A stretch of DNA of 64,000 nt from Paraspadella gotoi (taxonomy: Eukaryota > Animalia > Chaetognatha): contig CM119267.1 of assembly GCA_051294375.1 (NCBI GenBank), positions 17,526,937 to 17,590,936 on the forward strand, read 5' to 3'. This document shows, piece by piece, positions 1 to 14,905 of this stretch. Position 1 is the stretch's first letter; the number at the start of each line of letters is the position of its first letter. The notes below the pieces were generated by a model. That model had not been told where the DNA came from. It searched no databases and saw only the letters and a program-made list of their open reading frames with translations. A program made the position numbers and the translations under genes.

Positions 1-1466
1 GCGAGTGAAGTCCGGGGGATATTTTATCCGAGCCCGAGGCCGTCTTTATGGTTCAATCCTTTCTTTTTCAGATGGGCCGAGAGGAGTTAAAAGTTTAGGG
101 TTGATTTTTTTTGAGTTAGGGATCGATTTAAAAAAAAAAAAAAAAAAAAAGGAATATAGTTCATCATTTACGACGATTTTTTAAAAAGAAAATCGTTATT
201 CTTTCGGTAGATATTTTGGCTTTCTTTTTAAAGCTTAATTTGTTTTCCTGTTGAATAAAACCGCCATTTTTTTTTTCCAGCTTCGACGGAAGTGAAAAAA
301 GGCAAATGAGAAACTCGTCCTCAGCGAGGAAGTAATCATAAAATGGGCTGCACGGAGGAAGGCGTTCTCGGGATTCCGGGATCGAAGCTTCTCTGCGAGA
401 GCAAAGTGAGAATCCGCGCGCGAAGATCGAAAGCGTAAACAAAACGAGGGGGGGGGATAACAAAGGAAGGATGGAGAGAATGAAGGAGACGTGAAAAGGG
501 AGGAATGAAAGAAAAATCACGAGAAAGAGAAAAAAAATTTTAAGGATAAAATTGTAATGGTTGTTTGAAATACTGGCGTTGTGGAGGGAAGTGAGGAAAG
601 TAAAAAACCTTTCTGGATAAGGAAAGTATAAAAAAATAGAATAAGTCAGAATAAGGACTAAAACAGATTAAAACAGAAATAGTATGAGATAAGATTAATA
701 GTATAGTATTATAAGTTTTAAAATTTAATATTTGTAAAACCAAAAACTAGAAACAAATTATTGAACCCTTTGCGGGAGGAAGATCGGGAGTTAATGGTTC
801 TTTGATCGAAAAAACTTTTTCGAACTTTTGGTCTTTTTGTTTTGCAATAAACTTCGCATTCTCTATTACCTTTCGGACGGATTAGCAGCCACGTTTAAGC
901 CAACCCTCATCTTTTTTCTTTTTTCATTTTTCTTTTATTTTACTTTTTTTTTGGTTTCTCCGATTTGTTTCTCGCTTTATGATGATTTTTGTGCTTTTTG
1001 TTTGTTTTTGTTTTTTATTTTTTGGCAAGGTTTAGATTTTGATTCTGCATTCTAATTTGAATAAAAAGCGCATCAGAAATGAAGCCATGGAAAAACCTTA
1101 GAATTTATAAATTTTGAAAGTGATAAGCTTAAAAATTTGAAATCTATTTGGTTTTTTCTTATAATTTTTATATTATTTATTTGTTTTTGTTGTTTGCTTT
1201 TTTTCAAAGGTCAATTTTGGTGGACTTTTTTTTTTTATCCAAACAAAAAAATGTCGTCTTAAATTCCTAGTGACGCAGTTCTGACTCACGGATGAGGTAG
1301 GGGGGCGGAGAGGGGGGGCGAAGGAAATTGCAGAAAAGGATCTTTGATCTTTGAGGTCGTTAAATGGAAAGACGAACCCATTCATGGATCGCTTTCCCTC
1401 TCGTTTACTTTTCTCTTTTTTTTGACGTGACTTTTTCTCCGTGTTTTTTTGGTCATTCATTAAGGT

Positions 1467-1517
<51 letters not shown>

Positions 1518-1599
1518 CTTTTTACCCTCTTACTTTCTTTTTCTCTCTTTGTTACCTTTCTTTTTTCTTATCTACTCTGAAATATTTCTTAACGAGATC

Positions 1600-1622
1600 A
1601 TGGAGCCCAACCAGCTTCTTAG
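1600..1622 (+). CDS. TSPO: Possible first coding micro-exon of TSPO (MEPNQLL)
   Basis: ATG GAG CCC AAC CAG CTT CTT AG followed by GTGATT, a GC-richer islet in T-rich sequence upstream of the TSPO exons. The join cannot be verified because the next exon falls in the gap. Confidence 0.3.
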
Positions 1623-2804
1623 GTGATTCATCAGATTTATTTAGGGGGGGGGAGAAGAGGAGGAAATGTAACTCCCTTTTCTCGGGCCTTTCCTTTTTTA
1701 ATTTTTCTTTTCACATTCAACACCTATTTCCTTATTTTTCTTTCTTTTTAATCTTATTATTCGTTACCGTCTTTTTTTTTCTACCTCATATCCTGTCCTT
1801 ATTTCTTTATATATTTCTTTCTTTTTTACCTTTTATACGTGATCGCTAAAAAGACACANNNNNNNNNNNNNNNNNNNNNNNNNNNNNNNNNNNNNNNNNN
1901 NNNNNNNNNNNNNNNNNNNNNNNNNNNNNNNNNNNNNNNNNNNNNNNNNNNNNNNNNNNNNNNNNNNNNNNNNNNNNNNNNNNNNNNNNNNNNNNNNNNN
2001 NNNNNNNNNNNNNNNNNNNNNNNNNNNNNNNNNNNNNNNNNNNNNNNNNNNNNNNNNNNNNNNNNNNNNNNNNNNNNNNNNNNNNNNNNNNNNNNNNNNN
2101 NNNNNNNNNNNNNNNNNNNNNNNNNNNNNNNNNNNNNNNNNNNNNNNNNNNNNNNNNNNNNNNNNNNNNNNNNNNNNNNNNNNNNNNNNNNNNNNNNNNN
2201 NNNNNNNNNNNNNNNNNNNNNNNNNNNNNNNNNNNNNNNNNNNNNNNNNNNNNNNNNNNNNNNNNNNNNNNNNNNNNNNNNNNNNNNNNNNNNNNNNNNN
2301 NNNNNNNNNNNNNNNNNNNNNNNNNNNNNNNNNNNNNNNNNNNNNNNNNNNNNNNNNNNNNNNNNNNNNNNNNNNNNNNNNNNNNNNNNNNNNNNNNNNN
2401 NNNNNNNNNNNNNNNNNNNNNNNNNNNNNNNNNNNNNNNNNNNNNNNNNNNNNNNNNNNNNNNNNNNNNNNNNNNNNNNNNNNNNNNNNNNNNNNNNNNN
2501 NNNNNNNNNNNNNNNNNNNNNNNNNNNNNNNNNNNNNNNNNNNNNNNNNNNNNNNNNNNNNNNNNNNNNNNNNNNNNNNNNNNNNNNNNNNNNNNNNNNN
2601 NNNNNNNNNNNNNNNNNNNNNNNNNNNNNNNNNNNNNNNNNNNNNNNNNGGTGGAGCTATACAGAAAGAGATGACTTCATTATCGATTTATTGAATTCTC
2701 TTTAGCGCGACGGTCCCGATTCTTCTTTGTGTTATTTATCCATTTAAGATTTAAAAAAAAATACAGTTTACTTTGCTCCCCTCCCCCTCTCCGAATCTCG
2801 ACAG

Positions 2805-4978
<2,174 letters not shown>

Positions 4979-5222
4979 GAGCGTCTCTTTCATCTCCACG
5001 CCCATCGCGTCCCGTCTCGATGTCACCGTCCATTATGAAACGCGTCACGATCAAGACTTCACCAAAATCCCTCCGTCTTTTAATCCCCTTTTTTGTAATC
5101 GCTCAAAAAAAAAAAAAAATCGTGACTCACTTGTTGGGATTTTGAAATGGTTTTTCAAATAGAAACAATTCGGCGACTCTTATATATGTAGTCGGGCATT
5201 GTAATTTGTTCACCCGCCTATA

Positions 5223-5440
5223 AGCTTGTCTCCTAGAGTCGTGAGCGTCTGGCTCATGACCATCAGGTACCGGGATCGATCCCCAATAGTACCTACCCTG
5301 CGGGAAGAGTTGGGACGGCCGTAAACCGGCGTGGAAAACCGTCAAGCCGAGTTTTAAGCCGGGGACCCATTCCATGGCTGCTGGAAGGGTTAAAGAAGTT
5401 GCGGAAAGCACTTTTCGGCTTACTTAGCGCCTCATCTATC
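5223..5440 (+). mobile_element. Degenerate tRNA(Met)-like head with GC-rich body: probable tRNA-derived SINE or tRNA pseudogene
   Basis: AGCGTCTGG-CTCATGA-CCATCAGGTACCGGGATCGATCCC resembles a tRNA anticodon arm (CAT in the loop) plus a T-arm/B box. The acceptor stem does not pair, so it is not a functional tRNA. Confidence 0.4.
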
Positions 5441-7590
5441 ACTAGATGTCACAATGAGCCACTACATAGCAAGTATATTGAACTAGTAAAAAACATAGAA
5501 AATAATTAGGCAGAATTTATAAAAAGGACGTGAGAAAACAGTTTTGTGATATTTTGATGTAAGGAATAACGTGTTTTTGAGTTTTATGGTTGGAAGTAGC
5601 CGAGGATTCACGAAACGTTTTTAATTTTAACGATTTGTTTGGCGAAGCTAAAAAGTCGAGACATATTTTTTTAGAAATTTTTCTTTCTCCTTTTTTTCCC
5701 CTACTCCTTCTCTTCCTGACCTCAGAATTCAATTCTGCTTTCTCTTTTTTCTCTCTTTCTCTCTCTCTCTCAAAAAAGAGAGAGGATAAGGAGTGAGAAA
5801 AAGTTTGTGATATTTTGATGTAAGGAATAACGTGTTTTTCTGAGTTTTAAATGGTTGGAATAGCCGAGGATTCACGAAAACGTTTTTAATTTTAACGAAT
5901 TTGTTTGGCGAAGCTAAAAAGTCGAGACATATTTTTTTTTAGAATTTTTCTTTCTCCTTTTTTTTCGCGCCTACTCCTTCTCTTCCTGACCTGCAGAATT
6001 CATTCCTGCTTTCTCTTTTTTCCTTCTTTTCTCTCTCTCTCTTTTCTCTTCTCTTCTCTCATCAGCGAGTTCGTGGTTCGGATCACCTAGAGATGACGTG
6101 CCTAGCTGCAGCAGACCATTAGCTTGTACGATGGATAAGATGCCAGACGATAGGAAGTGGATCCAGCAATAAGCTACGGACTCTCTCTCTCATCTCTCTC
6201 TCCTCTCTATCTCTCTCTCTCTCTCTCGTCTCTCTTCTCGCTCTTCTCCANNNNNNNNNNNNNNNNNNNNNNNNNTCTCTCTCTCTCTAAATTAAGCAAT
6301 GCCTCAAACGCTTACCTCTCTACCTGTTCTTTCCAATCTGCTTTTCACCTCTTTCACCTCTTTTAAACGTTTTTTTTCCTCCTCCTCCTCTTCATCCTCC
6401 TCCTCCTCTTCCTCTTCAACGCTTCCCCACAAAACTTACGCGTGACGCGTTCGCGTTTTTCTTTCAAGAGCCGGAAACTCTTTCAGTCATTGTCTCCAGA
6501 GGCGCCTCGGGACGCATTTTCCTAACTGGTGTTGATAAAAAGAAACGACGCTTCGCTAAATCGAAAAAAAAAACAAACAAACCAAAAAAAATCCAAAATA
6601 AAAAAAAACATAGAATCGGTGCTCATCTAATTTTCATTTTTCTATCAAAATATTTTTCAGTCTCATCGTTTCTTTATCAAGTTTCGCGCTGAACTCGCAA
6701 GGCCATCTTTAAAAAAAAAAATTGGAGATTCTAACTATTTTTAATTAAAAATCTTTTGGGTCGCTAAACCGCGGTTAATTCGCATCGTGTCAGTATTTTT
6801 TTCAGAATTGTCCTTTTTATATTCTTTTCGCTTTCTAGCGGTTTTCTCCACGTTAAAAGCCGGTTTATCCGTTGGCTGACGTTTCGAAAGCGAGAGCCTC
6901 GCAGGTTAACAAAATAATAAACATTTTCTAAAACAATCATTAATTTTTCCTCGCTTCTTCGTCTCCTTCTTCGTCTGCACAATCATCATCCCGCCCATCG
7001 CCGTTATAACGATTTGCCACGCCCCCTCCAGTGACCGGAAATAGCGACGTCTCGCTTCCTTTTCCTTTTCCTTCCTGATCGGGTTATGGCGGCGACGATA
7101 ATTGAAACTCGCTCGTAATTTGGCGCCAAATTTGTTCCGTTTAGAGTCGAGAACATTTTCGTGGCGAGACTTTTTATCTTGTGGTTTGTGATCTTGTGAT
7201 CTTGTGATCTTGTCTGTGGATGACGTTAGTCACCTCAGTACCAAATAAAATTATTAATAACTAACGCTAACTCAATTATTAAAAAATTAACCAAATCACA
7301 CATAAAATTTGAAAAAGAGTAATTTTTTTTTTTATCAATTTACAAAGGGGAGATGTAACGAAACTAACACAGACTGGATACAAAATGTCACGTTAATACT
7401 TTGTAACGGAATACTACAAATATTGTCAATCTATTTAATTTTTTCCCCAAGTCCCACCCACTTTCCTTTCCATCTTCACTTTTGCTTTAGTTTCGCCCGC
7501 GAGGTCGCGAGTTCGTGACTCGATTGGGAACATATTTTGGATCTTTGATCTCGGAATTTCTTTTAGCGGAAATCGAGTCGCGCCCTGTCT

Positions 7591-7669
<79 letters not shown>

Positions 7670-7725
7670 TCTCTCTCTCTCTCTCCTCCTCTCCCTCTCA
7701 CCTCCCCCTCTCACTTTTCTTTTTT

Positions 7726-10700
7726 CTACCATCCGTCGGCACGGCGCCGCCGATACTTTGTATCAGCGCCCTCTGCAGGCGCCTCTATGTAGCCGACCTC
7801 CATCTTGATCGTCAACTCCACTTCGCGCTTCAATTTGGCCACCGCCTCCTCCAACTCTGGCTGTAGAGAGTGGGGGGAAGGGGTGTCGGAGAAGTTTGGG
7901 TCGGGGGGGTGGGGTGGGCAAAAAAGGATGGGTGAAGCGAAGAAGGCATCTATCAGTGTAGATCGAGTTTCGAAATCTTTGTATTTTTCTCGTCGGTTTC
8001 CATTTTAAAGATATGACTTTAAATCTAAATTTTGTCCACAATAATTTGATAATTTAAAAATATATTAAGGGTCCGGAAAGAAAAAACTTATAGTTTTCGT
8101 AAATAATCTCAAATGAAACCCAGTGTTTATTCTTTTACGATTACACATGATGAAATAAATTTAAGGTGTCTGTGATCTGCGTTGTCTTATTTAATGGAGC
8201 AAATTAAAGTTCTTCCTTCTTAAATCTTTGTAAACAAGAACGGTAATTCCAATGTGTTGCGCCGCAATCGACTTTATTTTTACGTGTATTTTTTTTTTAT
8301 TACATTCCATCTTTTATAACTTATTGTTTTAGTAGGGGTAGCCCCACGTCAAATGGGGTGAGGTCAAAAATTTAGAATTATTACATGCTCAAACAAGAAA
8401 TTTATACATTTTGAAAGTATACTTTCAATGGACAAAAACATTTCTTATGTTGGCTCTATACCCAAATAATTATTTTTTTAATATTTATTTATAAATAGGA
8501 AAGTCCAAAATTTTTTTTTTCATAATTTTTTTAAATTTTAAGACCAGATTCCAGATAGCTCGATAAAAAGTTGTCTACACAAAGTATATAATTCTTTTTT
8601 AAATATTTTTCATGTTAAGTGAGTCAAAAATAAGAAAACCATAAAAATCAACATCATCTTCATCTTTCGATATTATTATCAGTTTTTTTATATTTCACAT
8701 AGAAAACGGTAAAGAAATTTTTAAAAAGCTGTAATTATATTTTCTTGTTTAACTTTTTATGCTCTAATCAGAATGCACAAAAAATTTTTAAGATTTCAAA
8801 AAAAAAATTTTTATAATGTAAAAAAAGACAACTAATATTTAATTGTATTAATCAAGACGTATAATGTAAATTTTTTTAAAAAGTGATTGCTTAAATATTT
8901 AGTCAAGACAGCTAAAAAATTACTTTGTTAATATAGAGTCGAAATTTTATATTATCTCTGGAGTTGGTCCCTAGTTTTAGGAATTCCCGAAGGCGGCGCT
9001 AGTCGTCTCTTAGACAAATTAGGCAAATTATATGCATTTCTAACCTAAGTAGGATAGACCGACGGACAGATATTCCGACGGACAGACGGACAGACGGACT
9101 GACCGACCGACAGACCGACCGAAAAGCGACTTATAGAGTTGCTCCGCGAGTATTCGCGGAGCAACAAAAAAGTCGACATGAGTTTCGTTTCGTGTGATTG
9201 TGAATTGACGACTCTTCCTCCATCTCCTTTCTCGTCCCTCCTCCCCTTGAATCATGATCTCCTTTCGACAATTCGAGGTCAAAGATTTATCGATGCTCGT
9301 TTTCGGTGGCGAAGGAAGGAAGATGACTCTCTTGACCAAGATCCGCGGCGACCGAGTCCAGTTTTATAGTCAATATCTCGAGGCAACGTAATTCTCGATC
9401 TGAGTTTCTTTTTATGCATCGTTTGTATTTTCTTCTTTTTTTGGGGGGGGGGCGCTCGTTAGTTATAATTAGTTGGTTGATAAACTGGCGGGAGAGGCAC
9501 ACTTTATCCTTAAAACTTAAACAAATTGATAAACATAAGAGTAAATGCTCTCATCTCGCTTTCTCTCTCTCTCTCTCTCTCTCTGCTCGACTCTCTCTCT
9601 CTCGCTCATCCGTGCTCTCTCGTCTCGTCTCATCTCTCCTTCTCTCCCCTACCGGCGCCATAACGACTTGATCCACTGCGATTCTCAACCGATGCATCGC
9701 GGCGGATTGAACTTCGATCTCCTCCAGGTAAAGAGAGATGGCGTCCATGACGGCCAAGCGGAGAAACTGCGTCCAATATTTGGCGGGAAAAATCAACGCT
9801 TCATTCACTTCATTATAATACTAATATCTATGATTAATCTTTTCCCAACGCTTCCCAAATGCCTAATCCTTAATCCCTAATTCAAAACCTTAATCCTTTA
9901 ACCTTTAACCTTTAACCTTTAACCTTTAACCTAAAAACAACTTGGAATTCTCAGAATTTAAGCTGATATTGGGCGCGTTCGGAAAAGATGGCCGAGTTTG
10001 GATCAAGATCCTTGCTGCCAATCGTGAGATGGTTGTCGTTGTCGTTGTAGCTGTCGTAAATATCATCGTTTGGTTCCAGATTTTGAACATTCGCCATCCA
10101 CTGACGAGAAAATAGAATCTCTGATGACCTCTTGACCGAGGCACCACGAAGAAAGGCCAAATGCGTCGAATGGAATCGTCGACGGTTTATAGCCCAACCC
10201 TACGTCTCCACCCCCGAGCGTGTGGGAGGGGCGTGGTGAGCGACGTGAGTCAAGCCAGTTGCTAAAAATGCTTGACCACTGGCTCGGCATCGAATCAACG
10301 ACTGTGAAGTGTGGAGGTCGCTTCGATTCGTCTCCATCAATCGTAGAAAGGATTTCACTTTGGGTCTCTCTCTCTCTCTGTCTATCATCTCTCTCTCTTC
10401 TGCGTCTTCTCTTCTCCTCTCTCTCTCTCTTCCTCGTCATCTCTCCTCTCTATGTCTCTCTCTCTTCTCTCTCTCTCTATTGCGCAGGGGAGCTACATTA
10501 AACTCCGCCGAAAATTCCGATGGCCAAACTTTTTTCGGACACTTTGAAAGCCAAACTCTCCTAACGTGATAAGTCTTAATCAAGAGCGCGGTTAATTTAC
10601 CTACTTNNNNNNNNNNNNNNNNNNNNNNNNNGCGTTGTGGGGTCAAGCCCAGTTGATGCTAAAAATGCTTGACCAAGCATGGCTCCGGCATCGAATCAAC

Positions 10701-13700
10701 CTGAACGACTGTGGAAGTTGGAGGTTCGCTTCGATATCGTTTCATCCATCAAATCGTAGAAAGGATTTCACTTTGGGTCCTCTCTCTCGCTCTCCTCTCG
10801 TCTCTCTTCTCTCGCTCTCCTCCTACTCTGCAGTGCGGTTCGTCACTCTTCTGTGCTGGTCATCTCCTCTCTCGTCTCTCTCCCCCGTCTGTGGCATGAG
10901 GTTGGGTGACTCCTGCGCTGATGTACCCCACTGTCCTCGCTACGCACATTCGTTATCTCTCTCTCTCTCCTCTCCTCTCTCTGCTCTGCTCTCTCTTCTC
11001 TCTCTCTCTATTGCCAGGGGGGACTACATTAAAACCTCCCGCCGAAAATTCCGATGAGCCAAACTTTTTTTCGGACCTTTGAAAAGCCAAACTTCCTAAC
11101 GATAATCGTTAAATCAGGAGCGCGGCTAATAATAAATTTACTACTCCTCGCGAACCCCACTTACACATTAACCACTTCGGAGGGCAATACGATCCGACTT
11201 TCCCGCCAATAAAAACCCATCGCCCACCGAACCTCCAACGCTTGGTCCGCCGTCGGCGTTATGGCGTTCTTGTCGGCGATCTTCTCCGTTTGGGCGTCGA
11301 TGGGAATGTCCATCGCCAGCTCGAGGAGATAGCGGGCGCGTTGGAGACGACGGATGAGAGGGGCTAAGGGGGGGGGTGGGTGGGGGAGGAGAGGATGGGA
11401 AGGGGGAGAAAGAAGGGAGGGGAGGATTTAGAAGAGGGGAAAAGAAAACGGGGGGAGAACCGGGAAAGGAAAAGAGGGAACCAGAAAACGAGAGGAAAGA
11501 AGTGAAATGTTATCGAATTTTCGAGATTTTGTCACATTTTCGCTGTAACCTTCACTGCGACAACACTCTTGGTCTCCACTCCTGGCCTCAATTAGACGAC
11601 TCTTTCCACTATTTTTTACATCCTTCCATGGCTTTGAAATTATATCCATTTACAAGTCCCTAGGCACCCTTCTCCTCAACTTCCACATCCCCGCCTTTCC
11701 CGCCCTCCAACCCTAACTTTGCCGCTCCTCCAAGAACCAGCCCTGCAGCGCGGCGACGACGTCGACGGTGAGGCGCAGCGTCGGCGACCCGACGCGGCGG
11801 CTGATGTTGCGGACGCGGTCGACGGCCTGCGACTTGGGAATGAGTTCAGCGCCGAAGAAGACGAGAAGGCGGCTGATGGCGACGCCGAGATCCTAAGGAG
11901 GTTGGGAAGGGGGAGGGTGAGGAATTGAGGATGTCTATGGCAAGGTGAGGTCAAGATTCTTGATTCTGGGGCGAGGTATTGCGTCATTATTTTCAACGTG
12001 AGGTATGGTCAATATTCTTGAATGGAGGTAAGGATCCTTCTTGGTATTATGAGGTGAGGTAAAAATGCTTGCATGGGATTTGGAGATTCAGGGTAAGCTA
12101 GATAAGGTCACTATTCTGGCGTGCGATGAGATTTCGTTAAAAAAACAACAGGGAAGGCAAACTTGATCTTCTCGCATGGTACACGGTTTCCTTATCAGGA
12201 TAATTTGAGGTAATCTGAGGCAAGGCACCACATCGAAAGATGAGTTACGGTAAGGTCAGACATCTCGCTTAAAGTCAAAGCTTCCCTTTTCTTAGGCAAG
12301 GCTCGTCCGTCGTTATAGACGACGCTTTTATTGCTCTTCCGATGTTTGTTGGTTTTTTGTCGCCGATGTTTTTTTTTTGTTTTTTTGTTTTTTTGTTTTT
12401 TTGTTTTTTTGTTTTTTTTCCATTTCCGTCAGTTTTGTTGCTGTTTATGTCGCTTCCGTTTCCTCAGGGCTCGTCGTCGTCGTCGTCTTCCAAACACCTA
12501 AAACACCATAAATCGTTCTCGGCCATAACTTCTTTCTCTACCCCTTTCGCTTCCCCTATATCCTAGGGGATTCCAACCGAACGACGAGAAGAGAGAAGAG
12601 AGAGAAGAGAGAAGAGAGAGACAACGAGAAGAGAGAGAGAGAGAGACGAGAGAGAAGACGTCGAGAGACGAGAGACGAGAGAGAGAATTTTGGAATCCGG
12701 GATTTTTTTCTTCTTTCCGAATCTGGAAAATCGAGGACCCGACGTCAAAATCTCGTTTCTCGGATCATGAGATGGTTGGGGAAAGGGAGTCAGGAGGAAA
12801 AGCGGTTGAAGCATGCGGGGCGGTAGCAGGGGGTCGAAGAGAGGATGGGGATTAGCGATAAAGAGGAATGCGGGGCCAGAGCCCCTTGGCTTATAAACCA
12901 TAGGAATGGTGGCCGCCCAAGCGCCAAAAAAAAAAAAAAAACAAACTTATACATAAATAATACCAATAAATAAAATACGAGCAAAAATGCTGAAAATCTG
13001 AATTTCTTTAGCGATACTTAACGTACTGGAAGCAATTGTCGATCTACTGGATGTTCGACAGGACCCGACAGTCCAGATTCAACCTGAGCAGAAAATCGAA
13101 ACAATGTCTTCTGAAAAAAAAAATGGTGACCATGGCCTCGCTCTTACCACGCCCTGTCTCCAGCGATTAAGACTCACCTTGTCCCGATTTAAGCAGCGCG
13201 CGGTGACGGCTTTTTTGGAGGTTCTTCCTTTCGTCGTGCGTTTTCTTCGTTTAGGTGCGACCCACGTCCACCGTTCGAGGTCGCTTGCTTATTGCCAAGG
13301 TCGCGGAAGTAAAATGTGCGACGAGTGAATGAATCAATCAATCGATCAGACATTCAATAAATCATTTATTCGTAACAAACAAACACTCGAGGACATGTTT
13401 ATGTTAAAAACAATCGTTCGATCTATCAATATATCAATCACCCCAATTCTCTTTCAATCAATGCAAATCTCGAATCTCTCGATATTCAAGCAACACTATC
13501 GAATCAATCAATATTCAATTAGTTTTTAACGATCGATCAGTCCATCGATTCAATTCGTTAATCTACCGCCAAAACTGTTTAGGAAATTCGTCATCGTCAT
13601 ATCAAACAAAGTTCAATAATAATTAGAAACTCGAACTAATCATTTTCGGGTCATCGGATACGCGGGAAAAGAAAATTTGTAACGGTTTATAAGTAACGTT

Positions 13701-13800
13701 TTCGGTTTTACTTCGACACTGTTTCATTTCGATTACTACGCTGTGCGTTAAGGATTTTTCTATTTTAACTCTTATTTCTCTCCTTCGCTCTCTCTCTCGT

Positions 13801-13845
<45 letters not shown>

Positions 13846-13882
13846 GCTTCTCTTCTTTTCCTCTTTTTTTCCTTTCTTCTTC

Positions 13883-13935
<53 letters not shown>

Positions 13936-14905
13936 TCACACATATCTGCGTTTTTTTTGATTACCCCGAAAATGTTGACAATGCTTTCGGTTGGATGCAT
14001 AAATTGTTTTCGCGTCGAGAACTTGCAGGAGAAAAAAAAACGCGAGAGGAAAATTATTTTACGATCTCTATTTATAGCCTTGATATGTTTTAAAACCAAT
14101 ACCGTTCTCAGTAGTATAAGGGATAGACAGGACGCGCGTCTATTACCCCTCCTTCTCATTTCACCTCCTCTTCATCCTCCTCCCAGGGTTTCGTGGGGCC
14201 GCGTTCACGAGATTCAGTTTCACTTTTCTCTCTTCCTACTAGACTCTCGCCCTTTTTTTTACCCTCATTTTTGTTTCGTCAGTATAGATTTTCCTTCCGT
14301 CAAGTATATTAGTTTCCCCGCATTCTCGTCCACTTTACTTCCGTTAAGGATACCTTTCACGAGTGACGCCCAATTTGTGTTGCTCGAACATCTAACACAA
14401 AAAAAAAACCCCAGGATGTGCTCCACCGACTGATTAGAAACCGGAGAAACAAAAAATAAAAAACCGAAAATGAACAGAAAAAAAAAGAAAAAAAATCTGA
14501 AAACTTTTCCAATGTTTTTTACAAATTAAAATCGACACTTCGATGGAAAATTAATTTCCGCGAATCGCATCGATTCTGAACGAGATTGCAATCCGCGCGG
14601 TCTGACGCTTCCCGTCGCCGTCAACTTTTAGTTTGTGCACGCCGCCCAATTTTGCTCGTCTTCCCAGTTCTCACGTCTCTAAGGACGACGTCGATCTTCG
14701 ATCGTTTGCGTCGGAATCGGGAAGTGGCGACTGAAGTCGAATGTTCGAATCTTGGAATCAGCGTCCAACTGCGAGCGCAAAAAAATTATCTGGCTCCAAG
14801 TCGAATCTCGATCGCGGGCGCCATGTTTTAATCGCCGGCGCCACTGACGTCTATGCAATTCCTCACTCACCTCATCGCAACCTTTCTCCCCCTCGTTGCC
14901 TCCAT
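7726..14905 (-). CDS. Uncharacterised protein of about 275 aa, probably alpha-helical; exons 14905-14871, 14768-14675, 14391-14354, 13283-13178, 11892-11718, 11363-11233, 9766-9653, 7860-7726
   Basis: All seven introns are GT..AG, and phases 2,0,2,0,1,0,0 give one open frame: MEATRGRKVAMSWTLIPRFEHSTSVATSRFRRKRSKIDVVLRDMFEQHKLGVTRESDLERWTWVAPKRRKRTTKGRTSKKAVTARCLNRDKDLGVAISRLLVFFGAELIPKSQAVDRVRNISRRVGSPTLRLTVDVVAALQGWFLEERQTPLIRRLQRARYLLELAMDIPIDAQTEKIADKNAITPTADQALEFLRLAVMDAISLYLEEIEVQSAAMHRLRIAVDQVVMAPPELEEAVAKLKREVELTIKMEVGYIEAPAEGADTKYRRRRADGW*. Exons are GC-rich in AT-rich introns. The 5' end is uncertain because of a possible further intron at about 15034-14949. Confidence 0.8.
8941..9170 (-). 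mobile_element. Non-autonomous Helentron/HINE (DINE-1-like) element, copy 1
   Basis: Terminal perfect 12-bp hairpin GTTGCTCCGCGA-GTAT-TCGCGGAGCAAC (9138-9165) next to an A/T run, an adjacent (GACG/GACC/GACA)n tetranucleotide array, and a homologous inverted copy at 20171-20403. Confidence 0.65.
9862..9932. repeat. Telomere-like (CCTTTAA)n heptamer array with degenerate CCTAA units
   Basis: Five perfect CCTTTAA units from 9895, preceded by CCTAAT/CCTTAAT/CCCTAAT variants. Confidence 0.85.

Noticed and set aside
72-295. Possible terminal exons of an upstream gene (72-92 MGREELK, 281-295 LRRK*)
   Set aside because: Splice signals are plausible, but the peptide is too short to support.
7119-7130. 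E2F-like palindrome TTTGGCGCCAAA (also TTTGGCGGGAAAA at about 9780)
   Set aside because: No associated transcription start can be shown, and the second site coincides with a splice-acceptor pyrimidine tract.
10063-10440. 125-aa minus-strand ORF inside an intron of the unknown gene
   Set aside because: It starts within a GA microsatellite, has no clear splice sites, is not needed for phase continuity, and is partly duplicated across a 25-N gap.
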